From contig NW_004797935.1 in assembly GCF_000002075.1 (NCBI RefSeq), positions 286,929 through 350,928 on the forward strand: DNA of 64,000 bases, given 5' to 3'. The translations under genes were made by a program, and so were the position numbers. The notes under the pieces are model-generated. The model had not been told where the DNA came from and made no database searches. It saw only the letters and a list, made by a program, of their open reading frames with translations. Position 1 is the stretch's first letter. Each line of letters opens with the position of its first letter. Positions 24,701-38,211 of the stretch are shown here, piece by piece. The DNA comes from Aplysia californica. Taxonomy: Eukaryota.

Positions 24701-27700
24701 GGATTGAAGCGTGTGTTTAGAGAGAGTAATCGTGCGTTTGTACGTCTAAATTATATAGTAAAAAGAAACTTCATATGACAAAAGCGTGCATTTGAGTGGA
24801 GCGTGCTTTTGAGTGGCGTGCGTTTAGGCAGGGAATACAGTACAAAAATGATTAAAGGTATATCAAGAAACATAGATTTCTGTCTTATTTGTCAGGTAAG
24901 TGAAAGGAGGAAAATAGGAAATTGGCAACAACACTCTTATCAAACAGAAATTGCAAGCAACTCGGATTGTAGTAATTGTGTACTGGTAAACAGAAGTCTT
25001 GGTAAAAGAGAAATAGGGCCTACATACTGTAAAAGAGTTTTCAAAGACTCCTTTGTGAAAGAAATAAAAATTCAAGGGTTTGTTGCGGAGTACCGTACAA
25101 TTTTTTAAGGCCAGCAAAATTTAGTCAGTTCGAATAACTATTTCATTGAAATTGGCCCGACTGGCTAAAGAAACAAACACATATGATCTGAGGAAATCAA
25201 ATTATGAAGAAGAAAATTGGCCTCAACTCATAGATATCTTCCTGACTTTACCTGGACAAAGACATAGGCATGCAGATCGCTCCTACACACAAGGCACTGC
25301 CATCTTCTAAGTGCGCATAGTTCAAGGCATAACGGTGGAAATATTTCCAGTCTCGGATATTTCCTGCAATATAAAATACAAATGGTTTCTGCTATAAGTT
25401 AGCTTGCTTAAGTACAAAATATCAACAAAATGCATCAAGATAAGCTTGATTTAACAATGCCTCGTTTTAAAGCCACACACAAGTTAGGACAAACTCAGCC
25501 TGAATTATATCTATTTACCCCCGCGGTTTTATTTTTAAAAATTCTGAAGTTATGCAAACTGAGCCCAAAAATGTGAAATTATGCGAATCTGTTGATTTTA
25601 ACAAAGAATGATAAAGGAAAATAATCAGAAATGAAGCAAAAAATGATCAAATTTTGCTAAATTATGCGGGGTGTATAAAACCACAGGGGCAGATCCATAA
25701 GAAATACAACAACAACTGAAACTACAAAGAAAAAACCAATGTGCTATTGCTATATCATATCTATTGCAGAAAAAAAAAAACATTTCTCGTTTCTTTTTCA
25801 TTTTCATCTGCAAAAGATCCCCCCACACTGTTTATTTTTCTTCTTCTCCTTCTCCTCTAACCTCAAGATGTTTCCCAAATCCCCCAAAAATACATGGTAC
25901 AACACTACTATACACCAAAAACACACGCTATGAATGACTTCATCTCTAAGGATAAGAACACTCTACAAATGAGTCCATCTCTACTAAAGATACAGCAGTG
26001 GCAATAAGGGCAGCTCAACGAGGCCATTCTGAAAAACAACAACAATCAGTGGCAAAGCGTCCACACAGTGGAAACCATAAATAACAGGCTCGGTAATAAC
26101 AGGGATTTTTAAAATCCCCGTTTTTTCCTATTCTTTGTCTCTTTTAAAAGTTATCGGCAACAACAGGGCCTCATTGGAGCCCAATCGGTTATAACAGGGA
26201 CAAAGGCTCGTTAACAATGTGTAAAGAGTAAGAGGGGGGAGAGAGAGAGAGAGTAACGCAGTGATGGAGCAAGCACACGTAGCGGGTGAAGCGAGAGAGG
26301 GCTGCGGCGTGCTGCATACTTCAATCTAGCCCTAAGCCTAGCTACACACACTTGTGATAGCCATGCACAGGCCTGCCACATTGCCAAAACCCCTGTTTGT
26401 GGGTACTTGTGGGAAGGGAAAGTGCCCATGGATAAATAAAGCTGGACAAGTGAACAAATGCCTACTTTCCTTACATTTCTGATTTAACAGGGATCTGATA
26501 TAACAGGACTTTTTCTCTGGTCCCACCATCCCTGTTATATCAGGTTTCCACTGTAATCAAATAATCACGGATTCCCTTCCTAATTTTGAAACATTGTTGC
26601 AGTCAAATTCACCCATGAACGTAAACCTCATAAATTAAATGTAAAAAGACGTTCATTATCTCCAATGAACAGTATACCTAACATTCAAAACGGTTTCATT
26701 GCCACAGAATAGCCTGTTCAGCCCTTTCAAGCCACTTTATAAGCAGTCACAAGCTTTGATTAAGTAAGCTTAAAGTGAGGCTGGAAGAGTCTACAAAAAG
26801 AGTTGAAGGGAACCTCCTGTGCACAGCACTCAAAACTGTTTCATTGCCACATATACCCTGTTCACCCCTTTCAGGCCACAGTCAGAAGCAGTCACATTCA
26901 CAAGCACTGATTATGTAAGCTAACTGTTACACTGGTCAAGTCTACCTCACAAATGTGAAGGGTACTAACTCCTAATATAATCTCTTGACAGCTGCGAGTG
27001 CTGTTTTTTTTCCCTCGACTTTTTACCGTCCTATAATCAGAACGTGACCTCAATTATGACACCGGCTCCTGGCTGCGTAAAGCTAGACCAAAACAGCCAA
27101 GTGTGAAATAAAAAATTGATAATTGTCACATTCTACCAAAGAGTTTAGACTCACTGGTATTACATGTAGATTAGTACTGGCACTAGTGACACCTCTGCTT
27201 CTTTGCTTTGTGTTAGGGTATTCACATCTAAAGTTAAATTTAATGTTAGTTCCAATAAATGTTTAATGAGATACTTTCCCGATTATTTTGGTGGTTGAAC
27301 ATACAATATGAATTCAGAATTTGTTTTGAATCACAACTCAGTGTTGCTGCCTCAAGTAAGATTCTTGTGTGATATCTCCAGGTTCTATCTGGTCCCGTCT
27401 CACTTTGATTACCCTGTCAAACAAGTCAGACTTTGCCCCAGACAACAAAGCTAATTTAGCTTCTAACGATGCACCTACTTTGCCCCAGAAATGTCTCACC
27501 CACCGTAGGAATGGTCTCTGACTCCCTGCACTCTGATTCTCTGGTCGGGGTGGCCATCAATATGCAAAATGCCAGAAACCTCTCCAAACTGTTCGTAGTG
27601 AGTCTGATGTGCCCTGGGACAGTTCAATAAGTAATTGTTGCTCTTCACACCATAAGCATAATAATAACAATAATAATAATAACAATAATAGTAATAATGT

Positions 27701-30700
27701 TGATCATTTGTATAGTGCCTTCTCCCATGTGCACACAGCTCTAGATGGTTTGCATAAATCAAAGTACAAAGAGCAATAACAACTGGGACGTTATGATTAT
27801 TGAATCAATGAATGTTACTCTCCAACAGTGGAACTGGTAGAAAAAGTTCGACTCTTTCTTTTTATTTTGTTCTAAAACATTTGCTGAGGTCAGTCTGTGG
27901 GCTCTCAATAAAAATCAGTTGGTCAGCGTGCACTATAAATGATACATGAAGTCAAGTGAGCTAACTCTTTTAGCTTTCTCTCATTTACCGAAACCGGAAT
28001 AGTTTTGTCTTGGCCTACCAAAAAATGTTCCAGAGACCAGTTAAGTTAACCTGAGTTAAATGGTTAAAGCATGACACCATCATATGTATCCTCAGAGCCA
28101 AATGAGAAAACTGAAGAATTATGAGTTTGATAAACACAAGAATATTGTTTTTAAAAAGTACCTTACTCCTCATAAACATAGATCTAGGCATAGAGTAAAG
28201 CCTGTATTCAAGCTACAAGAGACAGTGGCTGAATAGGATAGACTTGCAGCAAGTTCTTCAAAAATAGAACAACACATTTATGAAGCTGGAGCCCACTTTC
28301 AAAACTGAGCTCACAGACGACAAAAAAGCATAACAACCGCCCACGCCTGTCAAAAAAACAGACAGAAAGATCCGTGTCCAACACATTCATCACATCCAAG
28401 CACGGTCTAGATACACATCACAGTAATTTATTAGTAAAAAGACGATATTCAACTCCATGTTGTAGAACTGCATAAGATTCTCTAGCACTTGTCCTTTCTA
28501 CAAAAGTCAACACAGAATAGCTTCTGCTTGAGGTGACCTTAGTACATGTAAGAAACAGTGGGGCACCCATCCCTTCCTCGGTACATGTAAGAAACTGAGG
28601 GGTACCCATCCCTTCCTCGATAACACTGTACTCATACTATCACGGCAACATTGCTTCCCATGCAAGGCGGGATCAAAGTCTTTTTGCACATAGAAAAAGA
28701 CAAAGAGCTGCTGTTTCTGTAATTAATTAAACAACAAAAAAACCCAACAACAACAAAAAAAAACCAAGACATAAACAAGAGGTGCATTACTCAACTGTAT
28801 AATTTTTGTCACCTTTTCAGTGTGTCGAAGTATTCTCTTGACCATGTCTCTCTGGCAATACCATCAGCCATTACATGTGGGTGCAAATCTGTATCAAAGT
28901 CAAAACATTTGGTGTAGGCTTTCCATATCAAGTTGAAATCCACCTTCACTGATTTCCCTGTCTCCGCAATTCTGAAAATTTAAGAACATAATAATAATAA
29001 TAATTGCATATATAATATAGTGCATATCCATGCTCAAGAGCATGCTCTATGCGCTTTACAACTATTATTGCCCCAGCAGACCCTCTGAGAACACTCAGAA
29101 ACATTCTCGGCTTTCGCGGAAGGATACAGTGCAAGCTGCGGATTTCACACGCTCAAACATTATCAAACTGACGAGATCGTTCACTGTCTATAGTCAGGAA
29201 CCCATTTCCACCTGGGTGAAGAGAGGAAAATTTGAGCAAAGTGCCTTTCCCAAGGACACAGCGTCGGGCCCCTGACGGGATTCGAACCCACGACCTTACG
29301 GTTGCGAGTCCGAGAGCCTAATCACTAGGCCACAGACGCCACATAAGAGTGTCAGTTAAATTGACACCCTATTCTTGGAGAAATTAATTCTACGAGCGAG
29401 TATAAAACCATAAAAAGCATCGTGAAAACAATACAGTAAAGAAGGTTTCTTTTTATAAGTTCTTGGAAACATGCCAAACCACAATTTGAAGGTATTTAAG
29501 TCCCAACAATGTAACTTAAAAAATAGGTCAACCAGTGGGCCACTGATAAAAATCAGGACTCAACATGCACTATAGATAGTATAAAAGCACTGTGGGCTAA
29601 TTATTTTGTTTTTTCTCGTCAATTAAATCAGGAAACTTTTTTTTTTGCTACTTGATTAATTTTTTCAAATCATGGTTATAGCATAACACCATTGAAGTAG
29701 GCCTGATCTGAAAGAAGTTGGTAATCTCTATTCCCGTATTTTACCTCATTGTTCCATCAAATGTGATAGACCAACTTTCCATCGGGCTGATAGGAGTCAA
29801 TGTAAGGCCTCCACCAGAGAAGCCTGATCTACTTGCTGTGTCTTGAAGCCAAGTGTCCGGTAACGTTGGCATCTCCAGCAGTCCTATAGATGGGATCTAT
29901 ATATGAGAGAAGATAAAAGTTTAAGCTTTAAATAAAGTCTCATTTCGTAGATTAATAAACATTTCAAGTTTTACGAGGTTGGGTCTCTCGAGAAAATCCA
30001 CACAGGAATTTATTCAAATTTCTTGCATTGAGTAATTGAGGTTTTTTAAAATACAAACTTTACAAATTATGATCTTCTCATTTCGTAGATATTGCACAAT
30101 GGTATCGATGTGTACACAATTGAAAGAATATGACTTTCGTAATAACATATCATGATCTGTGATGTGTTTTGTGCCCCTCTTTTTTTCCCACAGCTTTTAT
30201 ACGACAGCTGCATGCAGAATTAGCTTCCTCTTCACTAAGGATGCACTGCTCTACAATACAGCAGGCTACTGAGGAAACCAGTCAGATATATTCGACCCAC
30301 TGACCCAAATTTTTATTCTATCAAATATGTTAACCCTAACAGTTTTGTGTTCTTTATGTGACAGCATATTGTTCTTCTGTGATGATTTTGAGAGGTGCTG
30401 GCTGTATCTCTCACCCTCCATTCTGAAGTCTCAACAATGTTAGATTTTCCACCAACAGAATTGGTTGGCTCAATACCAACAACTCTGACACCGCCTTGAT
30501 TTGCCAAAATACACAGAGTTAGTATACAAGTACAGTAACCTGAAAAAGAATAAAGATATTAATTTTTTCCTCCAGCTTTTCCCCCTCTATTATTCTGAGA
30601 GTGCGCCAAACTAATCAAATGACAGCAAAAAGCATTTACAGGACTTACACGAAGATATAAAACTGTTTGCACAAAATTGTCCTGTCTTCTGGCAGTGGCT

Positions 30701-32027
30701 GTCACCATGAACACTCCTTCAGAGTTACCTCCATTGATGTAGACTGCATCCACTGCCTGGAAGAATACAAAAACAGAAGATAATTATCACAAGCTGAGTA
30801 AGAGTGAAATCAAACTGACATGAAGCTCCCCCTTTTTAAAGATTCATAAAAGTAACAGATTACATTTAAGGAATGCTTATATTGAAATATGCTGTAACAT
30901 TCAGTAAAATTGGGCATATTAAATTCATGCCACAACAGATTTCAACATAGGCGTATATTATCATACCTCAGCAACTGTTTTAGCATTTCCCAGACTAGCA
31001 ACAATAATGCTGAAAATAAAAATATATTGAACTTGAGACCTGCTTTTGCATGGCTTATATTTCAATGGAAAAAAAGTTTGAAGAATAGTTCTGCAGTGGA
31101 AATCTGGTTCTTTGGGGGAATTTTTTTGCTTCAGTAAGAAAGNNNNNNNNNNNNNNNNNNNNNNNNNNNNNNNNNNNNNNNNNNNNNNNNNNNNNNNNNN
31201 NNNNNNNNNNNNNNNNNNNNNNNNNNNNNNNNNNNNNNNNNNNNNNNNNNNNNNNNNNNNNNNNNNNNNNNNNNNNNNNNNNNNNNNNNNNNNNNNNNNN
31301 NNNNNNNNNNNNNNNNNNNNNNNNNNNNNNNNNNNNNNNNNNNNNNNNNNNNNNNNNNNNNNNNNNNNNNNNNNNNNNNNNNNNNNNNNNNNNNNNNNNN
31401 NNNNNNNNNNNNNNNNNNNNNNNNNNNNNNCAGGGGTTGGGAGAGAGATACAGAAGCAAGGTGGGGGGGGGGGGGTAAGAATAGGAAACTTATGTGGCTG
31501 TAATGTAATTGGAAAGGGGTCAGGAGCAATTTAAGGTTGCCTGGATGAAAAAATTCACTCCACTTGGGTCAGAGCAGTGTACATACACATGGCTGAAAGT
31601 CTTTTTCTGTGTTTCAGAACGCAACTCCTCACACTCACAGTTCAAGATGTGTACATGCTTTGCAAGTTTCTCTACCAACCTCAATACTCCATGTTGTACA
31701 AACAGTTCCATACTACTACTATACCTTTGGCATGTCTTGGGGAAGTTCCTGCAGTTTGTCCATTTCCTCTGGGGAGTTTCGAGATTTCACTCCGTACCCA
31801 GCATCTGAAGAAGATGCCTGCTGTCTGCGCAGACGGAGTTGATTTTGACATATCTTACGGGTCCACAGTACAAGTCTAAAAATCCAGTACTTGATCGGGT
31901 AATGGAAACTGGGCTGTGTATATATTCGTGGAACCTTCACTGTCGTTAACTTGTGGGGCAACCACTGAGCCAGAAGCCAGAATAAAATACTTGTGGAAAC
32001 TGCGCTGAAAACAAGGAAGAGCGTCAT
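21768..32027 (-). CDS. uncharacterised ~421-aa protein with N-terminal hydrophobic anchor; resembles the N-terminal region of invertebrate 'PEP synthase-like' proteins
   Basis: Exons: 32027-31725, 30756-30649, 29896-29745, 28971-28813, 27613-27504, 25363-25252, 23572-23445, 22883-22736, 21813-21768; all GT-AG, 1266 nt open. Motifs DAVYING, FDFDTD, ARETWSREYF, HYEQFG, GVRDHSYGNIRDW..HRY, VNGIRGWGISEW.YR. Gene structure is strong; family assignment is from recall; last exon is least certain. Confidence 0.82.
24005..24840. mobile_element. Tc1/mariner-type non-autonomous element
   Basis: TA|CAGTAGTCTCCGCCTAAACGCACG ... CGTGCGTTTAGGCAGGGAATACAG|TA. Confidence 0.75.
25515..25692. mobile_element. 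~180-bp MITE family (4 copies)
   Basis: Consensus CTGTCCCC..TTTTATGCA ... TGCATAAAAC..GGGGACAG with shared AAATTATGC motifs; further copies at ~36270-36450, ~44227-44405, ~45927-46103. Confidence 0.85.
26066..26553. mobile_element. pogo/Tigger-like MITE
   Basis: CAGTGGAAACC.. ATAACAGG ... CCTGTTAT.. GGTTTCCACTG|TA; left flank is CA (probably a mutated TA). Confidence 0.75.
26683..26965. repeat. diverged ~146-bp tandem duplication
   Basis: TCAAAAC.GTTTCATTGCCACA..CCTGTTCA.CCCTTTCA.GCCAC..AAGCAGTCACA occurs twice. Confidence 0.8.
28542..28619. repeat. 39-bp tandem duplication
   Basis: GTACATGTAAGAAAC.G.GGGG.ACCCATCCCTTCCTCG x2. Confidence 0.85.
28988..29342 (-). mobile_element. tRNA-derived SINE with CORE-like centre, family A
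   Basis: Minus strand: A-box TGGCCTAGTG, B-box GGTTCGAATCC, GTGTCCTTGGGAAAGGCACTT..CACCCAGGTGGAAATGGG, (TTA)n tail. Homologs at 42838-43187 (-), 56781-57126 (+) and a 3' fragment ~21280-21415. Confidence 0.88.
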
Positions 32028-33201
32028 GTTGCTAGCCGAACTCTGACCCTAGGAAGATATGGACAAAGGACACGAACTCTGGTATAAAATTATACAATTT
32101 ATCAGTTATGCCCCTTCGGGTCGCAGCCACACCCCCGTTGCCTGCCTCTCGCTGTCTTGTATACCTTGACGACTACCAGTCAGCACCAACAGACAAACGT
32201 TAGATTTGTACATGTATATATAGAATCTATGCATTTGTATTCGCATATACTCCTTGATAGAAATCAGAATACAAGTACTTTATATTGGGTTCTTGTACTG
32301 CCTTGCTTCTATGAGCATCTGTTAGGAATTAAACGTCGGCACGATTTGCAGAGTCGTGTACGTAGCCTACTGTAGACTGTAGATCTATGGCATGGCATTT
32401 CATCTACGGTTAGATCCAGAGATCTAGGCCTAATTGTCCTTCGACGAACAAAAATGGTAAATTAAAATACAAGTATTAAATACATTGCGCAAAAAAACCC
32501 AACCACAACTGCAGTTACGTATGATATCTCCAGAAGGCACTCCAAAGGGTATACCGATATATTTTCAGAGGCGTATCCACGATACATTTGAAAGGGGTCA
32601 AGTGAAAAACAGGCAAAGCCGTACCGTCACATTAACCCAATAACAACCAACGTAGCCTGTTTTTCACTTTTTATTACGGACTTGGCTTGTTCTTTTAATT
32701 CGATTTGCTTTCATGAAAATACAAGTAGTCAACGACTTAGGTGTTCTGGGTGTTTGTTTGTTTATTTGTTTGTTTTTTGTTGTTGTTGTTGTTTGTGTTT
32801 TTTGGCGGGGGCGGGGGTTTGTTTGTTTTTGTTACTTGTTTTTTGTTTTGTTTTTTTACTTGACTGACATGCAGTACTTTAATTGACTTTTTCACTCATG
32901 AGTACCTTATGACTTTTTTACTGGAATTCCTTCATCTTTGTGACAAAGAAATCCCACATTCAATAGGACATCTAAAACTGTTATTCGGGACACAATTGAA
33001 TGACTTATTTTCGTTTGTAGTCTGGAAATTTAAACCAAATCTACATAACTGAATTCACCGTTGTAATTATTTTTCTGTAGGCTTACACGTGGTATGAATG
33101 AAAGGCGATTAAATTTTGTATATTCTAATCTAAGTAGTCTATGATACGAATAAATAAGTAATGGCCAGTATTCCCTTGACAATAGAATAAACATTTAGTG
33201 A

Positions 33202-33707
33202 GGGGGCTCTCATGGCCTAGAGATTAAGGTGTTCGCCTCTCATTCAAAGATCCCGGGTTTGAATCCGGGTAGCAACGGAAAAATATTCTAGCTTCTCTAA
33301 AATTGTCTCCTTTCACCTCCTTTTCTGCTCGAGATCTCTAGCAATGTTCTGTCGTCTGCTTTCGTCTTCACTTTCTGCCTCCACTCCTCATAACCTCCAA
33401 TTATTGCCCTTTCCTCTGCACTCTACTGCTTCTCCTTGGCTTTGTCTTACTGCTGTCTTTCAGCCACACCCCCTGATCTTCTGGTAGGAAAGATCTACAC
33501 ATAGCCTTCTCGGACAAGGGTGAAAAATCACGGGGGTCCAATGAGCAAGTTGCGCACTTTAAAGAACCCTTGGTCGTCCAAAATCGATAAGAGTAGGCTT
33601 CGGCCGCCACCCGGGAAAAATTCAAAATTTCGTACCAACTGAAAATGTTTAGTATGTCCCGCACGCTCATATATGACCTTATGCAGTTGCGAGCGCAGTA
33701 AAAACAC
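33202..33707 (+). mobile_element. tRNA-derived SINE, family B (Meta/MESC-like centre, LINE-type hairpin tail)
   Basis: A-box TGGCCTAGAG, B-box GGTTTGAATCC, GCACTTTAAAGAACCC, tail CGCTC..ATGACCTTATGCAGTTGCGAGCG.GTAAAA; internally deleted copy at 40657-40980 (-). Confidence 0.85.
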
Positions 33708-35423
33708 TGACCAGAGAAAGCTTTGGTGTCTGCGGTAACAGTAACTGCTCTTTTCTAAATTCTCTCTTTCGTCAACTACCTTGCTCTTTATTTGGAAGAC
33801 TATAAGTCTTAGGGTATGTTGTAATTATGGGTTATTTTGCTTATATAACTTCTTTTGCCTTCAAATGGAACCCAATCCATTAGCTTTTGGAAAAGTCGTC
33901 TGAACAGATGCTTCTAACAAGACAAATTAATTTATCTTGCTATTCAGAAGTGCCGCTTCCGCTGTTGTTTGCAAGAGGAAGGAGCGCTCTGTTTTTGTTT
34001 CTTCCACACTTCGGCTGTGCTACTGTTCTAGATGTGTCTCCTTCGTGTTGAGCCAAGTAAGCCTATTCATGTTGTTCTACATCATGCTAGTGTAGTTCCT
34101 CTGGGGTTTTTTCTTTTAGTAAATGTTTTACGGCACTTGCAACACAATAAGGTCATATTATTAGTGCCGAAGATTAGAGGTGTTACAAAAGAGTAACAAA
34201 CACAAAAAAGGAGGGGAGATAAGATTGATAGATGTTTGACAGAAAAGAAAGAGCAAACCACACCAGGGCACCAGCCAACCACCCACGTTCCGCCTCTGCA
34301 CCAAAGATTCTGTAGTGAGAATCTTTGTCCGCACTGCGTTCCTGTGCCATGCCCATAGTACAGGAAGAGTACGCGCGAACTTTGGGAGTGGAGTCAAAAG
34401 GTAGGATCCATACAAAACCTTGACGTTATCTGGTTATGTTATAACAGGCCCTAGATGTAGTGGTGATTAAAGTTGTACTTGCTGAGCTGCCGAATTACTT
34501 TTTTTCCCCCTTAAGTGTCTGTACCGTAAACACAACCGTTTTCATCCATACCCCCACCCCACCCCNNNNNNNNNNNNNNNNNNNNNNNNNNNNNNNNNNN
34601 NNNNNNNNNNNNNNNNNNNNNNNNNNNNNNNNNNNNNNNNNNNNNNNNNNNNNNNNNNNNNNNNNNNNNNNNNNNNNNNNNNNNNNNNNNNNNNNNNNNN
34701 NNNNNNNNNNNNNNNNNNNNNNNNNNNNNNNNNNNNNNNNNNNNNNNNNNNNNNNNNNNNNNNNNNNNNNNNNNNNNNNNNNNNNNNNNNNNNNNNNNNN
34801 NNNNNNNNNNNNNNNNNNNNNNNNNNNNNNNNNNNNNNNNNNNNNNNNNNNNNNNNNNNNNNNNNNNNNNNNNNNNNNNNNNNNNNNNNNNNNNNNNNNN
34901 NNNNNNNNNNNNNNNNNNNNNNNNNNNNNNNNNNNNNNNNNNNNNNNNNNNNNNNNNNNNNNNNNNNNNNNNNNNNNNNNNNNNNNNNNNNNNNNNNNNN
35001 NNNNNNNNNNNNNNNNNNNNNNNNNNNNNNNNNNNNNNNNNNNNNNNNNNNNNNNNNNNNNNNNNNNNNNNNNNNNNNNNNNNNNNNNNNNNNNNNNNNN
35101 NNNNNNNNNNNNNNNNNNNNNNNNNNNNNNNNNNNNNNNNNNNNNNNNNNNNNNNNNNNNNNNNNNNNNNNNNNNNNNNNNNNNNNNNNNNNNNNNNNNN
35201 NNNNNNNNNNNNNNNNNNNNNNNNNNNNNNNNNNNNNNNNNNNNNNNNNNNNNNNNNNNNNNNNNNNNNNNNNNNNNNNNNNNNNNNNNNNNNNNNNNNN
35301 NNNNNNNNNNNNNNNNNNNNNNNNNNNNNNNNNNNNNNNNNNNNNNNNNNNNNNNNNNNNNNNNNNNNNNNNNNNNNNNNNNNNNNNNNNNNNNNNNNNN
35401 NNNNNNNNNNNNNNNNNNNNNNN

Positions 35424-35525
35424 ACACACACACACACACACACACACAGACATATGCACACACACACACTCACAGACAACTCCACAGACACAGACAAGCA
35501 TGTGCACACACATGCGATGCACACA
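35424..35525. repeat. (CA)n microsatellite at gap edge
   Basis: CA run, degenerating rightwards. Confidence 0.9.
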
Positions 35526-38211
35526 TTCTTTATAATATAGGCAATAACAATTATATTATACAGTGTTTACTGCATTTGTCAGTCAACAGGCTCAAAATCC
35601 AACAGGTTTGTTATTTTCAAACATTGTTGATGTTGGATACATATTCTTTTCCTTTTGTTTTGTCTTGTCGATTGCTGACCATCAATAATTTATTCATAGA
35701 GGCACCAGCCATCCTTATCCAGGTGCTGTTTTAGCCATTTGTCGATTACTCACTCTAGACACATGGGTTACAGTACAAAGCTGAAGCATTGATTGGGAGT
35801 AGGTTACAAGCGGCTGCCTGAAGGGAAAGGGACGTTTTACTTGTGTTGAAACAAGCAAGCAAGTATCTAACATAAGCTTCACTATGGACAAGAAAACAAT
35901 CGTTGGTTGAAAAGGAAAGGAAGGTTAGTTAACATGAAAGGGACAAAGACAAATGAGAAGAAAAAATATACAAGTAATAACACAATAACAGAGGACTGCT
36001 ACAGATACTTACAAATCTAGAGGGACAAAACCATGAAAGGTAATGACACTGAAAAATTTTTTTTTACGCCACTTGCAACACAATAGGGTTGTATAAGTGC
36101 CGAAGATTAGAGGTGTTACAAGAAAGTAACAAACACAAAAAAAGAAGGCGGGGAGATAATGACGATAGATGTTCGATAGGAAAGAAGGGAAAAAACGACA
36201 CAAGAGCATCAGCTAACCACCCAGAAATTAAAAAAAATTAACATAGCCTACATAATTTACAAAGAGTAATCTGTCCCCATCGTTTTATGCAAGAAAAATT
36301 CTGAAATTATACAAACTGAGCCGAAAAATGTGAAATTATGCAATTCTGTTAATTTTTTACCAAGGAATGATAAAGGAAAATAATCAGAAATTATGCACAA
36401 AATTATTAAATTTTGCTAAATTATACCAGGTGCATAAAACCACGGGGACAGGGTAATATACAGGTTTATACACACTGTTACAAAAACTGCCAGAAAATCA
36501 CATACTGTAAGTCATAAGGGTGCTTAAGCATCTTATGGTAAGTATGAATAAATATAAAAATACAAGCAACACAACTCTATCAATCAAAATTTCACATTTC
36601 TTTAATAATTTTTGTAAAAGATCAACAACCAACATGGAGCAAAGAAGAAACATTTCTCTATTATTACTATTAGTATCACAGTAGGTTTTTACAGTAAGCC
36701 ACACGCTCAGGCTGGTAAAAAAAATGGACAGCAAGATCATATTCAACTTTAATAACACGGACAGCTCCGCATGCATTGAATCAGGGATGAGACTGGTATA
36801 TTCCTATATATTCAAATTCAAAAGCTACATTATGAGGTGTATTTATGAAGTAAAGACTTTTGAAAAAAAAAGTGGTCAAAATCCCAAAACCTGTTGAGTC
36901 AGCTTGGGTAGAAAAATCTCCGAACACAGAATCTAAAATTATCCCCATGACATTGATCCTACTAACGTTTCTTCTTCAACGATTTTGTTAAAACCCGATG
37001 TTGATAGCCCAAATCATTACTAATATGGAATATAAATATTTGTTATCTAAGGATAAAAATGTTGTAGGCTTGGATTTTGTAAGAGAAAAGCTTAGGACAA
37101 ACCGAAGACTAAAGAAAAGAACACTTGCGGGTGAAAATACACACTGTCACACTATGCACACACTTGGGTCAGTGCTGACTATATTTTTAAGTTCGTTTAA
37201 GATGTAATGGCAATAGGTTTTTAATTTATAGCCAGTTAATTTACTTGTCCTTTCTGCTATACATACCTTAAGGAATCAATTCAAACTCATCAAAGAGATT
37301 TTTCATATACTGTCTTCTTCTTCTCCTTCAAGTGACAGACTTGAAATACTCATCAGAGATCGTGGTTTGCTCCTCATTTCCCCACTCAAATCCTCTTTAA
37401 AAAAGCTATTGTCATCTTTTCTGACCACCATTCTGTTCAAGTTCTCTACGTAAGTTATTCTTGGTCTATCACTTCCTCTTTTGACCTCTTTTTTTTTCTC
37501 AATGGGAGCAGGATATCAAAGGCCTTTTTTTAATAAGCCTACATCAATTCAACAGCATAAAAATAATAAAACTGCCCCATAACTGATCGTGCCCTATTTC
37601 ATTGCATATATTAGCAGAAAGTACTCATAAGCCACAAAAACATTCAAGTCATTCGTACTATCTCACTGTGCCATGATTCTCCAGCAGTCTGAGCACACCC
37701 CAGTTTACAGGGACACACATTTCTAGTTTTTCCAGCTGTACATTATTTACACACTTACACTTACACAAGATGGTAACTGTACAATACAATAAAGCCTATA
37801 TTGAAGATATTCCTAATAATCAATGAGTAGTACTTCACTTATTAAATTTCTCCCCTGTCATAAAGCCATGTGTCTCATTCCCATGAACACATCTTGGCTG
37901 ATGAAAAGTAAATTCAAAATAAAACTGTACAAAAGCCTACTCTAAATATTGGAAAGACTAATGTTAAATTTCAGTCATGCTTTGAAGAATATATTTTCTA
38001 AAGTCTAACAATCAGTATAATTCCTTATAAAAAACAATCAGTATAACTCCTTATAGGAAAAAAAAAGGAAAGGAGGTAGGTTAACCGATTTATGACTCAG
38101 ATCTCTAAGAAAATATTTAAACATCAGCAAAATCATTCATATCATAATATTGTATGTAAAGACAACCAATTTTTTCTCTAAATGAAACATAAGATAAGAG
38201 AGAGAGAGATG

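Noticed and set aside
29265-29342. tRNA gene (also heads at ~33202, ~19157, ~43187, ~56781)
   Set aside because: A/B boxes run into SINE bodies and tails, occur as dispersed diverged copies, and lack a clean cloverleaf and terminator.
33664-33705. SECIS or ribozyme reading of the ATGACC hairpin
   Set aside because: No tandem GA core with apical AA and no hammerhead CUGANGA/GAAA core; position fits a LINE-type 3' tail.
34460-35734. Long ORFs across N runs (also ~9830, ~31140, ~39010, ~42450, ~50910, ~58750)
   Set aside because: Open only because N codons contain no stop.
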